DNA of 64,000 bases from Candidatus Latescibacterota bacterium (GCA_965208125.1 OZ242320.1:2432001-2496000), one strand, 5' to 3'; numbered from the stretch's first letter, positions 43,962 through 54,543 are shown. Translations and numbers: made by a program. Notes: generated by a model not told the origin, from the sequence alone.

Positions 43962-45593
43962 TCAAAACCGCGATTGTTTGCTCTCCATGCTGGTATGCAC
44001 ATCGATCAACACGGTTTTGCCATCGGCATTAAGTCGCTGCGCTTCTTGCAATGCGGGGCGCATTTCGCCCACTTTTTTGACGGTGATGCCCACAGCGCCC
44101 ATGCCTTCGGCTATTTGGGCGTAGTTGCCCTGCATATTGGAGACGCCATAGCGTTCGCGCGCCGTGGGAAAGCCACCGGGATAGGTCGCCATGCCCCCGT
44201 TGTTTAGAAGGACGGTTGTGATGGGAATGCCTGCGCGGGCAGATGTTTCGATGTCCAGGCCGGACATGCCAAAGGCGCCATCTCCCATCATGTTGAGACA
44301 GAATTTATCGGGATGTGCCAGTTTGGCGCCGATCATCAGGGGGATGCCAAAACCCAGGTGGGTTGTTTTGCCCCAGCCGATGTAACTGTGGGGTGTGGTT
44401 GCGGTGTAAAATGGCACGATTGAGTCGCGGGGGGCGCCGGCGTCGTGTGTGACGATGCTGTTTTCGCGGTCGAGTGTGTTGTTGATTTCGTTGATGACGC
44501 GATAGGGGTTGAGAGGTTCTTCATTTGAGGTCAGCAGGGGTGTCCAGGTGTCGAGCCATTGTTTTTTTGCCTGTGCGATTTCAGCGGCGACGCGGTCGGA
44601 ATTTTTTGGTTCGCCAATTTGAGCTTTTACTTCGTCAATGATCGCTTGCAGGGTGAGTTTGACATCGCCGATCAATCCGATATCTACGGCTTCGTCTTTG
44701 TTGATGTCATCTGGGTTATCGGTGTTTTGGATGAGTACTTTGCAGGGGGGAACGGATTGGGCATAAGGTGTGCGGGTTAAACTGGATCCGAGTGCGAGCA
44801 GTACGTCGCAATTTTTGAGCCAGTGGTGTACGGGTCCCGTGGTTGCGCCGCTGCCAGCGCCGAGGGCCAGAGGATGGCGTTCGTCAAAGGCCGATTTGCC
44901 GGGCATGGTGCAGAATACGGGTGTGGCGGTCAGGTCGGCCAGTTCTTTTAGTTCATCTGTTGCCCCGGCAAATACGACCCCGTGTCCCGCCCAGATTACG
45001 GGGTTTTTTGCCGCGAGTAGTGCTGTGACGGCATCTTTGATGTCTCCGGACGAGGGCATTTGTTGCGCGCGTTTTGGCGAGTGATAATTTTGTGCATCGG
45101 CGGGTATTTCCTCTGCGCAGACGTCGGAGGTCATTTCGACTACGACTGGACCAGAAATACCATTGCGAAGCGCGTGGAATGCGCGGCGCATCACGGTGCC
45201 GACATCTTCTGGTCGATAGATCGCCTCGACGCGTTTGACCCATCCGCGATAGGTGTGGGTTGCGGAAAAATTGGGACGAACCGCGATTTGACTGAGTCTT
45301 ACGCCGCCTGGGAGGACCAGAATTGGGACGTTGTCGGCATAAGCCTGGGCAATGCCACCCATTGCGTTTTCCGCACCGGCTTGTGCCTGTATTGCTACGA
45401 CGCCAAATCGCTGTCGGTTGCTGGTGCGGCTAAAGCCGTCTGCGGCCATTACTGCGCCGCGTTCGTGGCGAAATGCGATTGGGCGAATGCCTTCTTTGGC
45501 TGCTGCTTCAATCAGGGGATTGCTGGGATAACAGGAGATCCATTCGACGCCTTCTTGTTTCAAGATGCGCGCGATATATTCAATGCCGTCCAT
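43962..45593 (-). CDS. Thiamine pyrophosphate-requiring enzyme (acetolactate synthase-like superfamily)
   Basis: RHERGAVMAADGFSR, GPVVVE, GDGAFGM...LLNN. Confidence 0.9.
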   Translation of the reverse strand: MDGIEYIARILKQEGVEWISCYPSNPLIEAAAKEGIRPIAFRHERGAVMAADGFSRTSNRQRFGVVAIQAQAGAENAMGGIAQAYADNVPILVLPGGVRLSQIAVRPNFSATHTYRGWVKRVEAIYRPEDVGTVMRRAFHALRNGISGPVVVEMTSDVCAEEIPADAQNYHSPKRAQQMPSSGDIKDAVTALLAAKNPVIWAGHGVVFAGATDELKELADLTATPVFCTMPGKSAFDERHPLALGAGSGATTGPVHHWLKNCDVLLALGSSLTRTPYAQSVPPCKVLIQNTDNPDDINKDEAVDIGLIGDVKLTLQAIIDEVKAQIGEPKNSDRVAAEIAQAKKQWLDTWTPLLTSNEEPLNPYRVINEINNTLDRENSIVTHDAGAPRDSIVPFYTATTPHSYIGWGKTTHLGFGIPLMIGAKLAHPDKFCLNMMGDGAFGMSGLDIETSARAGIPITTVLLNNGGMATYPGGFPTARERYGVSNMQGNYAQIAEGMGAVGITVKKVGEMRPALQEAQRLNADGKTVLIDVHTSMESKQSRF

Positions 45594-45613
45594 GAAAATT
45601 CCTTGGGAAAAAG

Positions 45614-46507
45614 CTATTCTTTTAATGTTTCATTAAAAAAGTCAATCGTGCGTTGCCAGGCGAGCTTTGCCGCGGCTTCGTCATAGCGCGGTGTTGTGTC
45701 GTTGTGAAATCCGTGGTTGGCGTTTTCGTATATATGAGCCGTGTAATTCACCCCTGCTTCTTTGAGCGCGGCTTCATAAGCGGGCCAGCCCTGGTTGATG
45801 CGTCTGTCCAGTTCGGCATAGTGGATGAGTAAGGCGCCTTTTATTTTTGGTACGTCTTCGGCAGCGGGTTGGCGGCCGTAAAAGGGGACTGCGGCGGAGA
45901 TGATGTCGGGGATGCGTACGGCAAGGGTGTTTGACATGCCGCCGCCAAAGCAGAAGCCCACGACGCCGACTTTGCCGGTGCATTTTTCGTGTGTGTGTAG
46001 ATAACGCGCAGAGGCGATAAAGTCTTCTGTCATTTTATTGCGGTCTATCTCGCGCTGCATGAGCCGCCCTTCGTCATCGGTGCCGGGATATCCGCCGAGG
46101 GGCGCGAGCGCGTCGGGGGCAAGAGCCAGAAAGCCTGCCGTTGCCACGCGCCGGGCAACGTCTTCTACGTAGGGATTTAGGCCGCGATTTTCGTGGATGA
46201 CGACGACGCCGGGGACTTTGCCTTCTGCCTGTGCTGGGGCGACGAGGTATCCGCGGGTTTTTTCGTGTCCTTCTGGTGATGGGTATTCTATGTATTCGGC
46301 GCTGATGCGCTCGTCGTCTGTGGCGATTTGCTGTGCAAGCGCGTAATTGGGTTTTAGACTGTCCAGCAGCGCGGCAGCGGTTACGCCGCCGACTGCGAAT
46401 TTTGCAGCGCGGTTTAAGAAGCCTCGCCGGTCTGTTTGTCCGTGGACATATTCGTCGTAGAGGTCGAGGAGTTCCTGGTCAAAGTCAGTTGCTCGTTGGC
46501 GTTTCAT
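45614..46507 (-). CDS. Dienelactone hydrolase family protein (YghX-like)
   Basis: [29 protein letters not shown] nucleophile elbow, [12 protein letters not shown]. Confidence 0.92.
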   Translation of the reverse strand: MKRQRATDFDQELLDLYDEYVHGQTDRRGFLNRAAKFAVGGVTAAALLDSLKPNYALAQQIATDDERISAEYIEYPSPEGHEKTRGYLVAPAQAEGKVPGVVVIHENRGLNPYVEDVARRVATAGFLALAPDALAPLGGYPGTDDEGRLMQREIDRNKMTEDFIASARYLHTHEKCTGKVGVVGFCFGGGMSNTLAVRIPDIISAAVPFYGRQPAAEDVPKIKGALLIHYAELDRRINQGWPAYEAALKEAGVNYTAHIYENANHGFHNDTTPRYDEAAAKLAWQRTIDFFNETLKE

Positions 46508-46547
46508 AATGGATTCCTTTCTGTGATTATACAATGCAAACGGCTTT

Positions 46548-46787
46548 TCAGGTCGCAGGGATTAATAATTCGGCGACGTTCTTACCTATTGTTGGAGGCG
46601 GTAAGACCCTGTTTTCTCGATGGGCGATTTCTAACCACTCATCAACAATTTGGCATAACGCCCGGTAAACTTCGACTTCATTATCGCCGTGACAACACGG
46701 ACCAATAATGCCCGGACAATAACCAATGAAACATTGGTCTTCGTCCGACCATTCGACAATTTTGATGTACTGAGCACTGTCGGTCAT
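46548..46787 (-). CDS. hicB: HicB-family antitoxin
   Basis: [20 protein letters not shown]...CHG......L......W, LPPP; ATGA overlap with hicA. Confidence 0.8.
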   Translation of the reverse strand: MTDSAQYIKIVEWSDEDQCFIGYCPGIIGPCCHGDNEVEVYRALCQIVDEWLEIAHRENRVLPPPTIGKNVAELLIPAT

Positions 46788-46978
46788 CGTTGAGATTCCC
46801 CTATGTTCCTTTTGACTTCTTTTTCCTGGTAAGGTTTAGCGTCATCACCGAGTTTTCCAGAAATTGTAACGCGCATACCTTTCGGATGTTCATAATTTCT
46901 ATGACTGCCTTTTCCGCCTCGATTGATGAATCCGGCCCTTTCCAAATCACTGATTAACGCTCTTATCTTTCGTGGCAT
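46784..46978 (-). CDS. hicA: HicA-family toxin
   Basis: LERAGF...GGKGSHRNYEHP, DAKPYQEKEV. Confidence 0.85.
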   Translation of the reverse strand: MPRKIRALISDLERAGFINRGGKGSHRNYEHPKGMRVTISGKLGDDAKPYQEKEVKRNIGESQR

Positions 46979-46981
46979 AGT

Positions 46982-47755
46982 TTATCCAACGGTCTCGCGT
47001 ACACCATCCCACTCACGCCATATATCGGTGAATGCATCTACTCCAATTTCGTCAATCTGTGTGTGTTTGGTCCTGAAGATTACGGCGTATCGAATGTCTG
47101 GCGAGGTGTTGGGGCAGCCGGTATGTACCATGGCGTGATGGGCAAAGATTACGTCTCCCGCTTCGCCAGTTACAAATACCGGACCTTCGGGTAGTTCGAC
47201 ATGGGGCATGTGGTCGTCCAGGATCTGATGTCCGTGTTCTTTGAAGTAGTTTTCGAAGAAGTGATGCGATTTGGGCCAGACGGTAAAGTTGCCGCCATTG
47301 GGAACGGGGACATCGTCGAGATATACGACCGCGAAGGATGTAAAATTCCGGTTATAAGTTCCATCTTCGCGCAATCCGCGCAACCGGTCGCCTACGGCTT
47401 TTATGCCGTCCAGATGCCCGCCACTTCTGCCCCACCCAATTTTTTCCGTTAAAGTATCTTTTGCAAGACTGCCTGGGGGACGCGGAAAATTGAGCTTGAT
47501 ACTTCCCGTCTGACTGCGCTGCAAATTGCCTTCTCCCAATGCGGATTCGAGGAGAGAGAAGGCGGGTGTTTCGTTGAACAGGTCCGTAATGACTGGTGTG
47601 GCGTTGATTTCGGGAAATGGGTTGGTATTTCCTTTGCCTATTTCGGCATTGATCGCCTGCCGCGCGGCATCTACCATCACGCGGGGCACGGCACCCGGGA
47701 CTTTGAGATAGCCTTCTTCGTAAAAGAAGCGCTTTTGGCTTTCGGTTAGTTCCAT
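46982..47755 (-). CDS. PhyH-family Fe/2OG dioxygenase
   Basis: MELTESQKRFFYEEGYL, HLD, VYLDDV, GNFTVWPKSH, GEAGDVIFAHHAMVH. Confidence 0.85.
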   Translation of the reverse strand: MELTESQKRFFYEEGYLKVPGAVPRVMVDAARQAINAEIGKGNTNPFPEINATPVITDLFNETPAFSLLESALGEGNLQRSQTGSIKLNFPRPPGSLAKDTLTEKIGWGRSGGHLDGIKAVGDRLRGLREDGTYNRNFTSFAVVYLDDVPVPNGGNFTVWPKSHHFFENYFKEHGHQILDDHMPHVELPEGPVFVTGEAGDVIFAHHAMVHTGCPNTSPDIRYAVIFRTKHTQIDEIGVDAFTDIWREWDGVRETVG

Positions 47756-47837
47756 TGCGGTCTCCTCAAATTCGCGTTTCAATTTCACTTCGTCCAAAAT
47801 TATACCACTTTCCAAAAAAAGCAATATTTTTACCATT

Positions 47838-47926
47838 GGGACGGCACAGGGGCCGTCCCCTACGGTTTGTAGGGGCGACCCCCTGTGGTCGCCCGCTGAT
47901 GTACGGGCGGGTTTAAAACCCGCCCC
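47838..47926. repeat. Cluster of GTAG-type REP palindromes (REPIN/BIME-like)
   Basis: GGGACGGCACAGGGGCCGTCCCCTAC / GTAGGGGCGACCCCCTGTGGTCGCCC / GGGCGGGTTTAAAACCCGCCCC; near copy at 54544-54612. Confidence 0.75.
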
Positions 47927-48052
47927 GCTGATACCTCTTGATAATTTTTTTGTTTCATGCCATAATTTCACGGGGCGTGGGGAAAGCAGATTTATCACCT
48001 TTATGATGACTCCAGTGCTGAGATAATATGGCCTGGGGCGAAAGGAATGAAG

Positions 48053-49219
48053 ATGTCCAGTTCTCAATCAGTTTATCGCGCTGCGGCTTTTGCCGATTTC
48101 AAGCCTGAGCTTTCGGCACCCGGGGCTACGCCAGAGCGATTGGCGCATCTGGAGGAGCACGGTTTTGTCATTATCAACGATTTTGTCGATAATCCGTGGA
48201 TTCCCGTTCTCCGCGAGGCGGGTCGCCGCGTTACCGAGGCGTGCGCGCCAGAGAATGGGTACGACGAGATCGATTGTTCGAAGGGCTATGTACACCGCAC
48301 GGGCAATGATGAGCCGTGGGCGATTCGGGGGCTTATTCATCCGGCTTTTGGGGAGCCGTGTTTTGCGGAGTTCCACGGGTCGCCAGATTTTCTGAGTTTT
48401 GTTCATTCGTGGTGTGACGGGCTGGAGCCAGAAGATATGGTGCTGGGGGGGTTGTTGTTGTGGTGCAATCCGCGGCAGAAAGAGAATAAGCTTAGCTGGC
48501 ACCGGGATGTGACGTGGTGGGGTACGGGGGAGCGCTATTTTGCACAGCGGGATGAGCGGGGTAGTAATCCAGAGGCGTACTCTGAGGAAGTCGAGCGAAA
48601 ACGCTGGAAAGAGATTGTCGCAAATAATGCGAAGTCGCTCAAGGAGCGGAATGGGGTGAGTATGTTTTTGGCATTGGCGGATGATGAGTGTCACGAGCTT
48701 GTGCCGGGGAGTCACAAGCGGTGGCGTACGCCGTTTGAGCACGATGTGCTTTTGCCGAAGGCGGTGAAGGAGCAGGGGGTGCCGCATACGCCGAGTTGGA
48801 ATGGCGAAGATCCATTGCCGGGGCAGGTGGCGATCCGGCTCAAGGCCGGGGAAGCGCTTATCCGCAATGGGACGACGATCCATACGGGGCACACGGTTCC
48901 CGACCGCGAGCGCAATACGTTGTCGATCGGTTGGTCGAAGTGGTCGGGACCATCTGACGAGGAGCCGTCTGTGAGCGATGTGCGGCATGCATGGCAGCTC
49001 GATCCGGCTGTGCGGGAAGCACTGCCACACGAGTGGATGAAGACGGCGTGGGATCGCTGGGCCGAGAGAACGAAACTCGGGGATACGCTCGAGGACCGGT
49101 ATCCGGGTTTTGATATCAAGCGCATCAAAGATGGCGAGGTGGCCGGTTGGCGCGGTGAGTTGGAGCGACAAGCTGCGGCGGCTGGCGAGGCGTGGGAGCG
49201 TTTCCAGACTTTGTCGTGA
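48053..49219 (+). CDS. PhyH-like dioxygenase
   Basis: LEEHGFVII, SWHRD, LVPGSH, LKAGEALIRNGTTIHTG; start 48047 or 48053. Confidence 0.75.
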   Translation: MSSSQSVYRAAAFADFKPELSAPGATPERLAHLEEHGFVIINDFVDNPWIPVLREAGRRVTEACAPENGYDEIDCSKGYVHRTGNDEPWAIRGLIHPAFGEPCFAEFHGSPDFLSFVHSWCDGLEPEDMVLGGLLLWCNPRQKENKLSWHRDVTWWGTGERYFAQRDERGSNPEAYSEEVERKRWKEIVANNAKSLKERNGVSMFLALADDECHELVPGSHKRWRTPFEHDVLLPKAVKEQGVPHTPSWNGEDPLPGQVAIRLKAGEALIRNGTTIHTGHTVPDRERNTLSIGWSKWSGPSDEEPSVSDVRHAWQLDPAVREALPHEWMKTAWDRWAERTKLGDTLEDRYPGFDIKRIKDGEVAGWRGELERQAAAAGEAWERFQTLS

Positions 49220-49234
49220 AGATTGTGCAATAGC

Positions 49235-49275
49235 AAAAAGCCCCCGGTGCTTATTATGGCGTCGGGGGCTTTTTT
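49235..49275. terminator. Bidirectional intrinsic terminator
   Basis: AAAAAGCCCCCGGTGC-loop-GCGTCGGGGGCTTTTT between convergent genes. Confidence 0.8.
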
Positions 49276-49288
49276 GTGGGTGGGATGT

Positions 49289-50842
49289 CTATGATGTGTA
49301 GATGTTCTCCATCTGATAGGCGTCGAGTGACAGGAGTTCGCTGTCCTGTCCCTGTGATCGCAGGGAGACGCCCGTGCTGTCTTCGCGCCCGGGATAGACG
49401 CGCAATGCCACGCATTGTTTGCCGTTTACAAATACTTCTACGACGCTTTTGTCGATAAATACGCGCAATTTTAAGGTTTCATCCGGTTCGATATGGACCG
49501 AACCGGTTTCTGGCGCGCGGGTGCGCACGTCGGGTAGAATGGAGGAACACGATGAGTCGATTGTGATCAGGCTTTTCTGTGTGTTGCGTGCTCGATTTCT
49601 GAGCCCGCGATCTTTGAAGAACATGATGCGCGTGACTTCTTCTTTGTTGGGTGAGCGCAATACGTCCATTTCGACCATGGGCGCGTTTTTGGTATCGATT
49701 TCAGCGACGATCTCCATTGCGTTGCCCTGAATATTGTCGAGTACGATCTCGCTATTGGCAGCGAGTGTCATGCGTCCTACGTGCTGGTGATCGCGGCGCA
49801 GGGATTCCACATCGCCCGCTGGTTCTATGCGTATATCTTCTTCGCCGATGAGCGTCATTTTGCGGGGCAGAGTCATGATCTGGTTCCAATTCTCTGTTGG
49901 CTTGCCCGGGTTCATGTTGAAGATGACAATGATATTGCCATTTCCATCCGGGGTTGCCGAAGGCGCGTGTACGCCACAGGGAGCAGAAGGTCCGAAATTG
50001 CATTTGTCGTGCGCTGTTACCACAAATTTGTCGCGTTCTTTGTCGTAGTCGCCCAGGAGATATTGCCCCCCGCTTATGTGGCTGTAAAAGAGCAAGATAT
50101 GGCGATCGCCAATAGGCCAGAAGTAGGGGCAGGCGCCGTCGTCGCCAACGATTGTGAAGAGGTCGTCTTCGACAAATGGATGCAGGTACGTCCAGTTCGC
50201 CAGGTCGGGTGAGCGGAGCAAGAAGTTCGCGCGTTTGGGCTTGCCACCAGGCCCGGGCAGGGTGCCGCCTGAGAGGGAGTAGTAAAAGTCGCCCTTTTTC
50301 CAGATGCACGGATCAAATACCCGATAGGGCGGGGTGGAGCCATCGGGGTTTTGCATGGGGATTACGGCTTGTCCGGTTACTTTTTCCCAGTTCAAGAGCA
50401 GGGGATCGTTGGATACGGCGACCATGTTGCCAACCATGGTGCCGTGATACATGGCGATGACGCGGTCGTCTTCTACGAGTGTTGAGCCGGAAAAACAGCA
50501 GCGTTCGGGGTTGGGATAGATCGCATAGGGCAGGTCTTCCCAGTGGATTAAGTCGTCGCTGATGGCGTGTCCCCAGTGCTGGCGCGGGTCTTCGGGGGGA
50601 TATGCCTGGTAAAACAGATGCCATCGCCCCTGCCAGAAGCAAATCCCATTGGGGTCGTTGAGTGTGTGTTCTGGGTTTACGTAGTGGTAGATGGGTCTGT
50701 GGGGGTCGCCTTCATAACTTTTTCGCGCTTCGTTCATCCGCTGTAATAGCGGATTTGTGGCGAGGGCTTCACGCTGTTCTTCGAGTGTGTTTGGAAATGT
50801 GTAGTGCGGTACGAGTGATGTGTAATCTGGCGTGTCGCTCAT
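49289..50842 (-). CDS. Glycoside hydrolase family 32-like protein with variant catalytic motifs
   Basis: LNDPNG, WHLFYQ, HWGHA.S.DLIHW, FSGS, FDP, GACP, C-terminal LRVFIDKSVVEVF. Confidence 0.85.
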   Translation of the reverse strand: MSDTPDYTSLVPHYTFPNTLEEQREALATNPLLQRMNEARKSYEGDPHRPIYHYVNPEHTLNDPNGICFWQGRWHLFYQAYPPEDPRQHWGHAISDDLIHWEDLPYAIYPNPERCCFSGSTLVEDDRVIAMYHGTMVGNMVAVSNDPLLLNWEKVTGQAVIPMQNPDGSTPPYRVFDPCIWKKGDFYYSLSGGTLPGPGGKPKRANFLLRSPDLANWTYLHPFVEDDLFTIVGDDGACPYFWPIGDRHILLFYSHISGGQYLLGDYDKERDKFVVTAHDKCNFGPSAPCGVHAPSATPDGNGNIIVIFNMNPGKPTENWNQIMTLPRKMTLIGEEDIRIEPAGDVESLRRDHQHVGRMTLAANSEIVLDNIQGNAMEIVAEIDTKNAPMVEMDVLRSPNKEEVTRIMFFKDRGLRNRARNTQKSLITIDSSCSSILPDVRTRAPETGSVHIEPDETLKLRVFIDKSVVEVFVNGKQCVALRVYPGREDSTGVSLRSQGQDSELLSLDAYQMENIYTS

Positions 50843-50862
50843 GGTGCTTTGTCCTTTCTGTT

Positions 50863-52314
50863 TTAGGGAATCCTCATTGCTTTCAGTTCGGGATGTGCGT
50901 CCCAGTGCGCCCGGATCCGCTGTCCCCAGTTGCCGATCTGACGGGTGGGGCGTTCGTGTGTGATTCTTCGCCGTTCCAATCCCGCTTCAAAATTCAGTAG
51001 TGTCTGGCGGCATTGTATCAATAATGTGCGTTTGTTTTCTTCATGGGCGAGATTACGCGTTTCTCCCGGGTCGTTCCTGAGGTCAAAAATTTGTTCGAGG
51101 CCGATGCGTTCGGGATCGGGTCCGGGTGGGAGCAGGTCTTTTTCATCTCCGTAGGGAATATACTCACAGACGTATTTATATCGGTCGAAAAGCAGTGCGC
51201 GTCCCCAGTAGTTGCTTTCGACAAAGCCAAAGTCGCGCCAGGGTACGTCTCGCCCTTCGACGAGGGAGCGCACGCTCATTCCCCGCGCCTGTTCGGGTGG
51301 GTCAATTCCGGCGTAGTCGCATACTGTGGGGAGGAGATCGACGCCGGATACAAAGTGTTTGTGATCAAATGCGCCTTTGGGGATGTTCAGGTTGTGTCCG
51401 AGCGATGAGACGATAAAGGGTACGCGAATGCTGGCTTCGTAGAGGGAGAATTTCTGGAACATCTGGTGTTGTCCAAAGGCTTCGCCGTGATCTACGCTGA
51501 AGATGATTGCGGTGTTGTCCGCGAGGCCGCTTTGCTCAAGGGCGGTTAAGATCAGGCCGATTTCACCATCTACTTTTTCTACAAAGCGGTGGTGATGCCA
51601 TATAAATGTTCGCCATTGAAGTTCGTCCCATGTTTTCATGGCTCGCAAGATGGGCCAGTGAATCAGGCATTCGTCTATGCGCCTGCATACGCGGTGTAAG
51701 ACGGTTTCGCGCGTGTCGTAGTTAAAATTGTCAGGTAGAGGGGGTAAGTCCTTTTCGGTGAGCATGCCCCGGCGCACAGCGTCGGGCATTTCTTTTGTTT
51801 CAAAGTTGTGGCCATATTCGCAGATGTCGTGTGGGTTGACGTACCAGACTTGCAGATAAAATGGGTCGGTTTTGTCGTAAGTGGTTAAAAAATCTACGAC
51901 GGCATGGGTCATTGCCGCGTCGTAGTATTCGCCGCCGCCTGCACCGATTCGCTGTTGGCCGTAGTAGAGGACGTCGAAGCTATCATATACGTTTCGACCA
52001 TCTACGTGCCATTTGCCGCAGTGGATTGCGCGGTGGTCGCTTTGTTGTAATATTTGACCGAGGTCGGGTATGTCTTCGTGCAGATGGCCGCCGTTGAACG
52101 GGGTGCCGGCTTCTGAGGTGTATCGCCCGGTCATCCAGCTCGCTCGCGCAGGGGCGCAGACGGGGTCGCTGCTGTAAGACCGCATGAATGAGATGCCGTT
52201 GTTGTGCAGGCGGTCGATGTGTGGGGTTTTTACATGTGTGTTCCCGTATGCAGATATGACGTCCCAGGTGTGCTGGTCGGTGTTGATGAACAGGATATTG
52301 GGTCGGTCGCTCAT
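50863..52314 (-). CDS. Sulfatase
   Basis: RPNILFINTDQH, CAPARASWMTG, GKWH, DHGE. Confidence 0.92.
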   Translation of the reverse strand: MSDRPNILFINTDQHTWDVISAYGNTHVKTPHIDRLHNNGISFMRSYSSDPVCAPARASWMTGRYTSEAGTPFNGGHLHEDIPDLGQILQQSDHRAIHCGKWHVDGRNVYDSFDVLYYGQQRIGAGGGEYYDAAMTHAVVDFLTTYDKTDPFYLQVWYVNPHDICEYGHNFETKEMPDAVRRGMLTEKDLPPLPDNFNYDTRETVLHRVCRRIDECLIHWPILRAMKTWDELQWRTFIWHHHRFVEKVDGEIGLILTALEQSGLADNTAIIFSVDHGEAFGQHQMFQKFSLYEASIRVPFIVSSLGHNLNIPKGAFDHKHFVSGVDLLPTVCDYAGIDPPEQARGMSVRSLVEGRDVPWRDFGFVESNYWGRALLFDRYKYVCEYIPYGDEKDLLPPGPDPERIGLEQIFDLRNDPGETRNLAHEENKRTLLIQCRQTLLNFEAGLERRRITHERPTRQIGNWGQRIRAHWDAHPELKAMRIP

Positions 52315-53096
52315 GTCGCGTCTCCCGTCAGTACGAAGGTCTGGAATGTGGTCGATGCGATGATGACCTGTTCTTGTTGATCCAGCCACCAGTACGAGGG
52401 TAGCATTCCTGCGCCATAGACGAAGAAGCCGGAGAGTTTCAGGGTTCTGTCGCCGAGTGGTAAAGTACTGTCTTCCATGTAGCCGATATGTGCGGGCGTG
52501 CGAATTTTTTCGAGGTCTTCCAGAATTGTGAGGGAGATTTTTTTGCCGGAAGATTTTAACTGGTGTGCGAGTTTTGGGATGACGTCGAATAGCGTCCAGT
52601 TGCAGGTGATGGGATGGGTGTTTTCGAGATGACCGACGGGTAAGGTTGTGTTGTTGACGACGAGTGTGACGCGCTGCTGGTTTCCATGTGATGTGATACG
52701 TCCTTCGCAGGTGAATTGGCGATATTTATCCCCCGCACCATTGGTCGCTGTTACGCGCCAGGTGTCCCGCAGGGTGCAGAGGTCGTCGTCCGTGCAATAG
52801 AAGTCGAGGTGCAGATTTTCGCCGCTTGTGGTGTTGAGAAATTGAATGTCGTAATGCCAGTTTTTCGATGGTTCGCGCTTTTGGCTGATTATTACTTCGC
52901 CGATTGTCAGGTCGCGCACGGGGTCTCCACCGCCACGCCCTTTGTATCCTTTCCAGTAGTTCGGGAGGACGGTGTATTTTTTTTCAGATGTTGGCGTAGT
53001 GCTTCTATTCAGTATTTCGATTAACTGCTTGCCAAAATGCGGGGTCTGACTTTTGCCATCGTACTGAAATGTCCAGTGTATGTGATCGGATGTCAT
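52311..53096 (-). CDS. Hypothetical protein
   Basis: In-operon ORF with ATGA overlap to the sulfatase; no motif recognised; start 53096 or 53108. Confidence 0.6.
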   Translation of the reverse strand: MTSDHIHWTFQYDGKSQTPHFGKQLIEILNRSTTPTSEKKYTVLPNYWKGYKGRGGGDPVRDLTIGEVIISQKREPSKNWHYDIQFLNTTSGENLHLDFYCTDDDLCTLRDTWRVTATNGAGDKYRQFTCEGRITSHGNQQRVTLVVNNTTLPVGHLENTHPITCNWTLFDVIPKLAHQLKSSGKKISLTILEDLEKIRTPAHIGYMEDSTLPLGDRTLKLSGFFVYGAGMLPSYWWLDQQEQVIIASTTFQTFVLTGDAT

Positions 53097-53104
53097 TGGA
53101 TGCC

Positions 53105-54520
53105 TCAATCGGACACTGGCGTAATTTTCAATACGAGCGCGTGGTCACACGGTTTTTCTGCGGGGAGTTGGACTTTTAGTCCGCGCATTGTTTGCGACCA
53201 TTTTAACGATCCTACTCCCAATAGTTCGACTTTGTCGATTTGTTTGGTTAGCAGACGCAGGGAAGAGCCGAGCGATTGGATCGTTATTTCGTCTTTTTCG
53301 GGTATTGCCAATACGGTTGCATAGAGTACATCGCCTCGCGTGGTGAATCGGATGTCGCGTTCGCTAAACATCTGTCGCTTTGTGTCGGTGAATGAACCGG
53401 TTGTGACTTCTGTTGGGCCTTCGCCAAATACTTTCCAGGGACGCGAGTCGTAGATCGCTTCGCCGTTTACGTTTAGCCATTTGCCGATTGCGAGCAATAG
53501 GGCCTCTTCTTCTTCGGGGATTGTGCCATCGGCGCGCGGTCCCACGTTGAGCAAGAGTGCGCCGTTTTTGCTTACGATATCTACCAGATCGCCGATTAGT
53601 TGTGAGGCACTTTTGTATCCCCGTTCTTCTTCGATATATCCCCAGGATTTTCTCGCCACGCAGGTGTCGGTTTGCCAGAAGTGCGGGTTGATGTCGTCTA
53701 ATTGTCCGCGCTCAATGTCGTAAACTGCGACCTCTGGGGGAAAGGTATCGTGTTTGTAGTTGATTGCTACGCCGCGATCCCATTCGGCGCCGCGGTTGTA
53801 ATAGTAGGCTGCAAAACGCTGTACGTAAGATGCGAAAGCGGGTTCTTGTATCCACCAGTCAAACCACACGATTTGTGGGTGATATTTATCGACGAGTTCG
53901 CAGGTGCGCGCGAGCCAGTCGTCTAAGAATTCTTCGTTGGGCTGGCTGTCTCTCGGTTGCGCGGGTCCGTATAAGCCCGCGTATTGTCCGTCCTGTACGT
54001 CGGAGTCAAATTGCATCCCGCCGTCCATGAACCACCAGTGTTCTGCGCGGTGGGTCGATAATCCGAATATCAGCCATTGTTTGCGTACGGCTTCGGCGAG
54101 TTCGCCAATGAGATCGCGTTTGGGTCCCATTTTGCTCGCGCACCAGTCCGATAGGTCGGTGTCGTACAGGGCAAATCCATCGTGATGCTCGGCTACGGGG
54201 ACGACAAAGCGGGCGCCAGCTCTGCGGAATAAATCAGCCCAGTGGTCGGGGTCGTATTTTTCCGCTTTGAACATGGGGATGAAGTCTTTGTATCCAAATT
54301 TTGTGTGTTCGCCATAGGTCGCTTTGTGATGCGCGAATTCTCTGGCGCCTTGTTGATACATGTTGCGGGGGTACCATTCGCTTCCATAAGCGGGGACTGC
54401 ATACACGCCCCAGTGAATGAAGATGCCAAATTTGTCGTTCTGATACCAGTCGGGGACGCGATAATTTGAGAGCGATTCCCAGTTCGGTTCAAAAGGGCCT
54501 TCGGGTAGTTGTATTGCCAT
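53105..54520 (-). CDS. Alpha-L-fucosidase (GH29)
   Basis: KFGIFIHWGVYAVP, EWY, AEHHDGF, VWFDWW, LVDIVSKNG.LLLNVGP.ADG. Confidence 0.95.
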   Translation of the reverse strand: MAIQLPEGPFEPNWESLSNYRVPDWYQNDKFGIFIHWGVYAVPAYGSEWYPRNMYQQGAREFAHHKATYGEHTKFGYKDFIPMFKAEKYDPDHWADLFRRAGARFVVPVAEHHDGFALYDTDLSDWCASKMGPKRDLIGELAEAVRKQWLIFGLSTHRAEHWWFMDGGMQFDSDVQDGQYAGLYGPAQPRDSQPNEEFLDDWLARTCELVDKYHPQIVWFDWWIQEPAFASYVQRFAAYYYNRGAEWDRGVAINYKHDTFPPEVAVYDIERGQLDDINPHFWQTDTCVARKSWGYIEEERGYKSASQLIGDLVDIVSKNGALLLNVGPRADGTIPEEEEALLLAIGKWLNVNGEAIYDSRPWKVFGEGPTEVTTGSFTDTKRQMFSERDIRFTTRGDVLYATVLAIPEKDEITIQSLGSSLRLLTKQIDKVELLGVGSLKWSQTMRGLKVQLPAEKPCDHALVLKITPVSD

Positions 54521-54543
54521 GGTTTCTCCTGTGAATGATTGCC

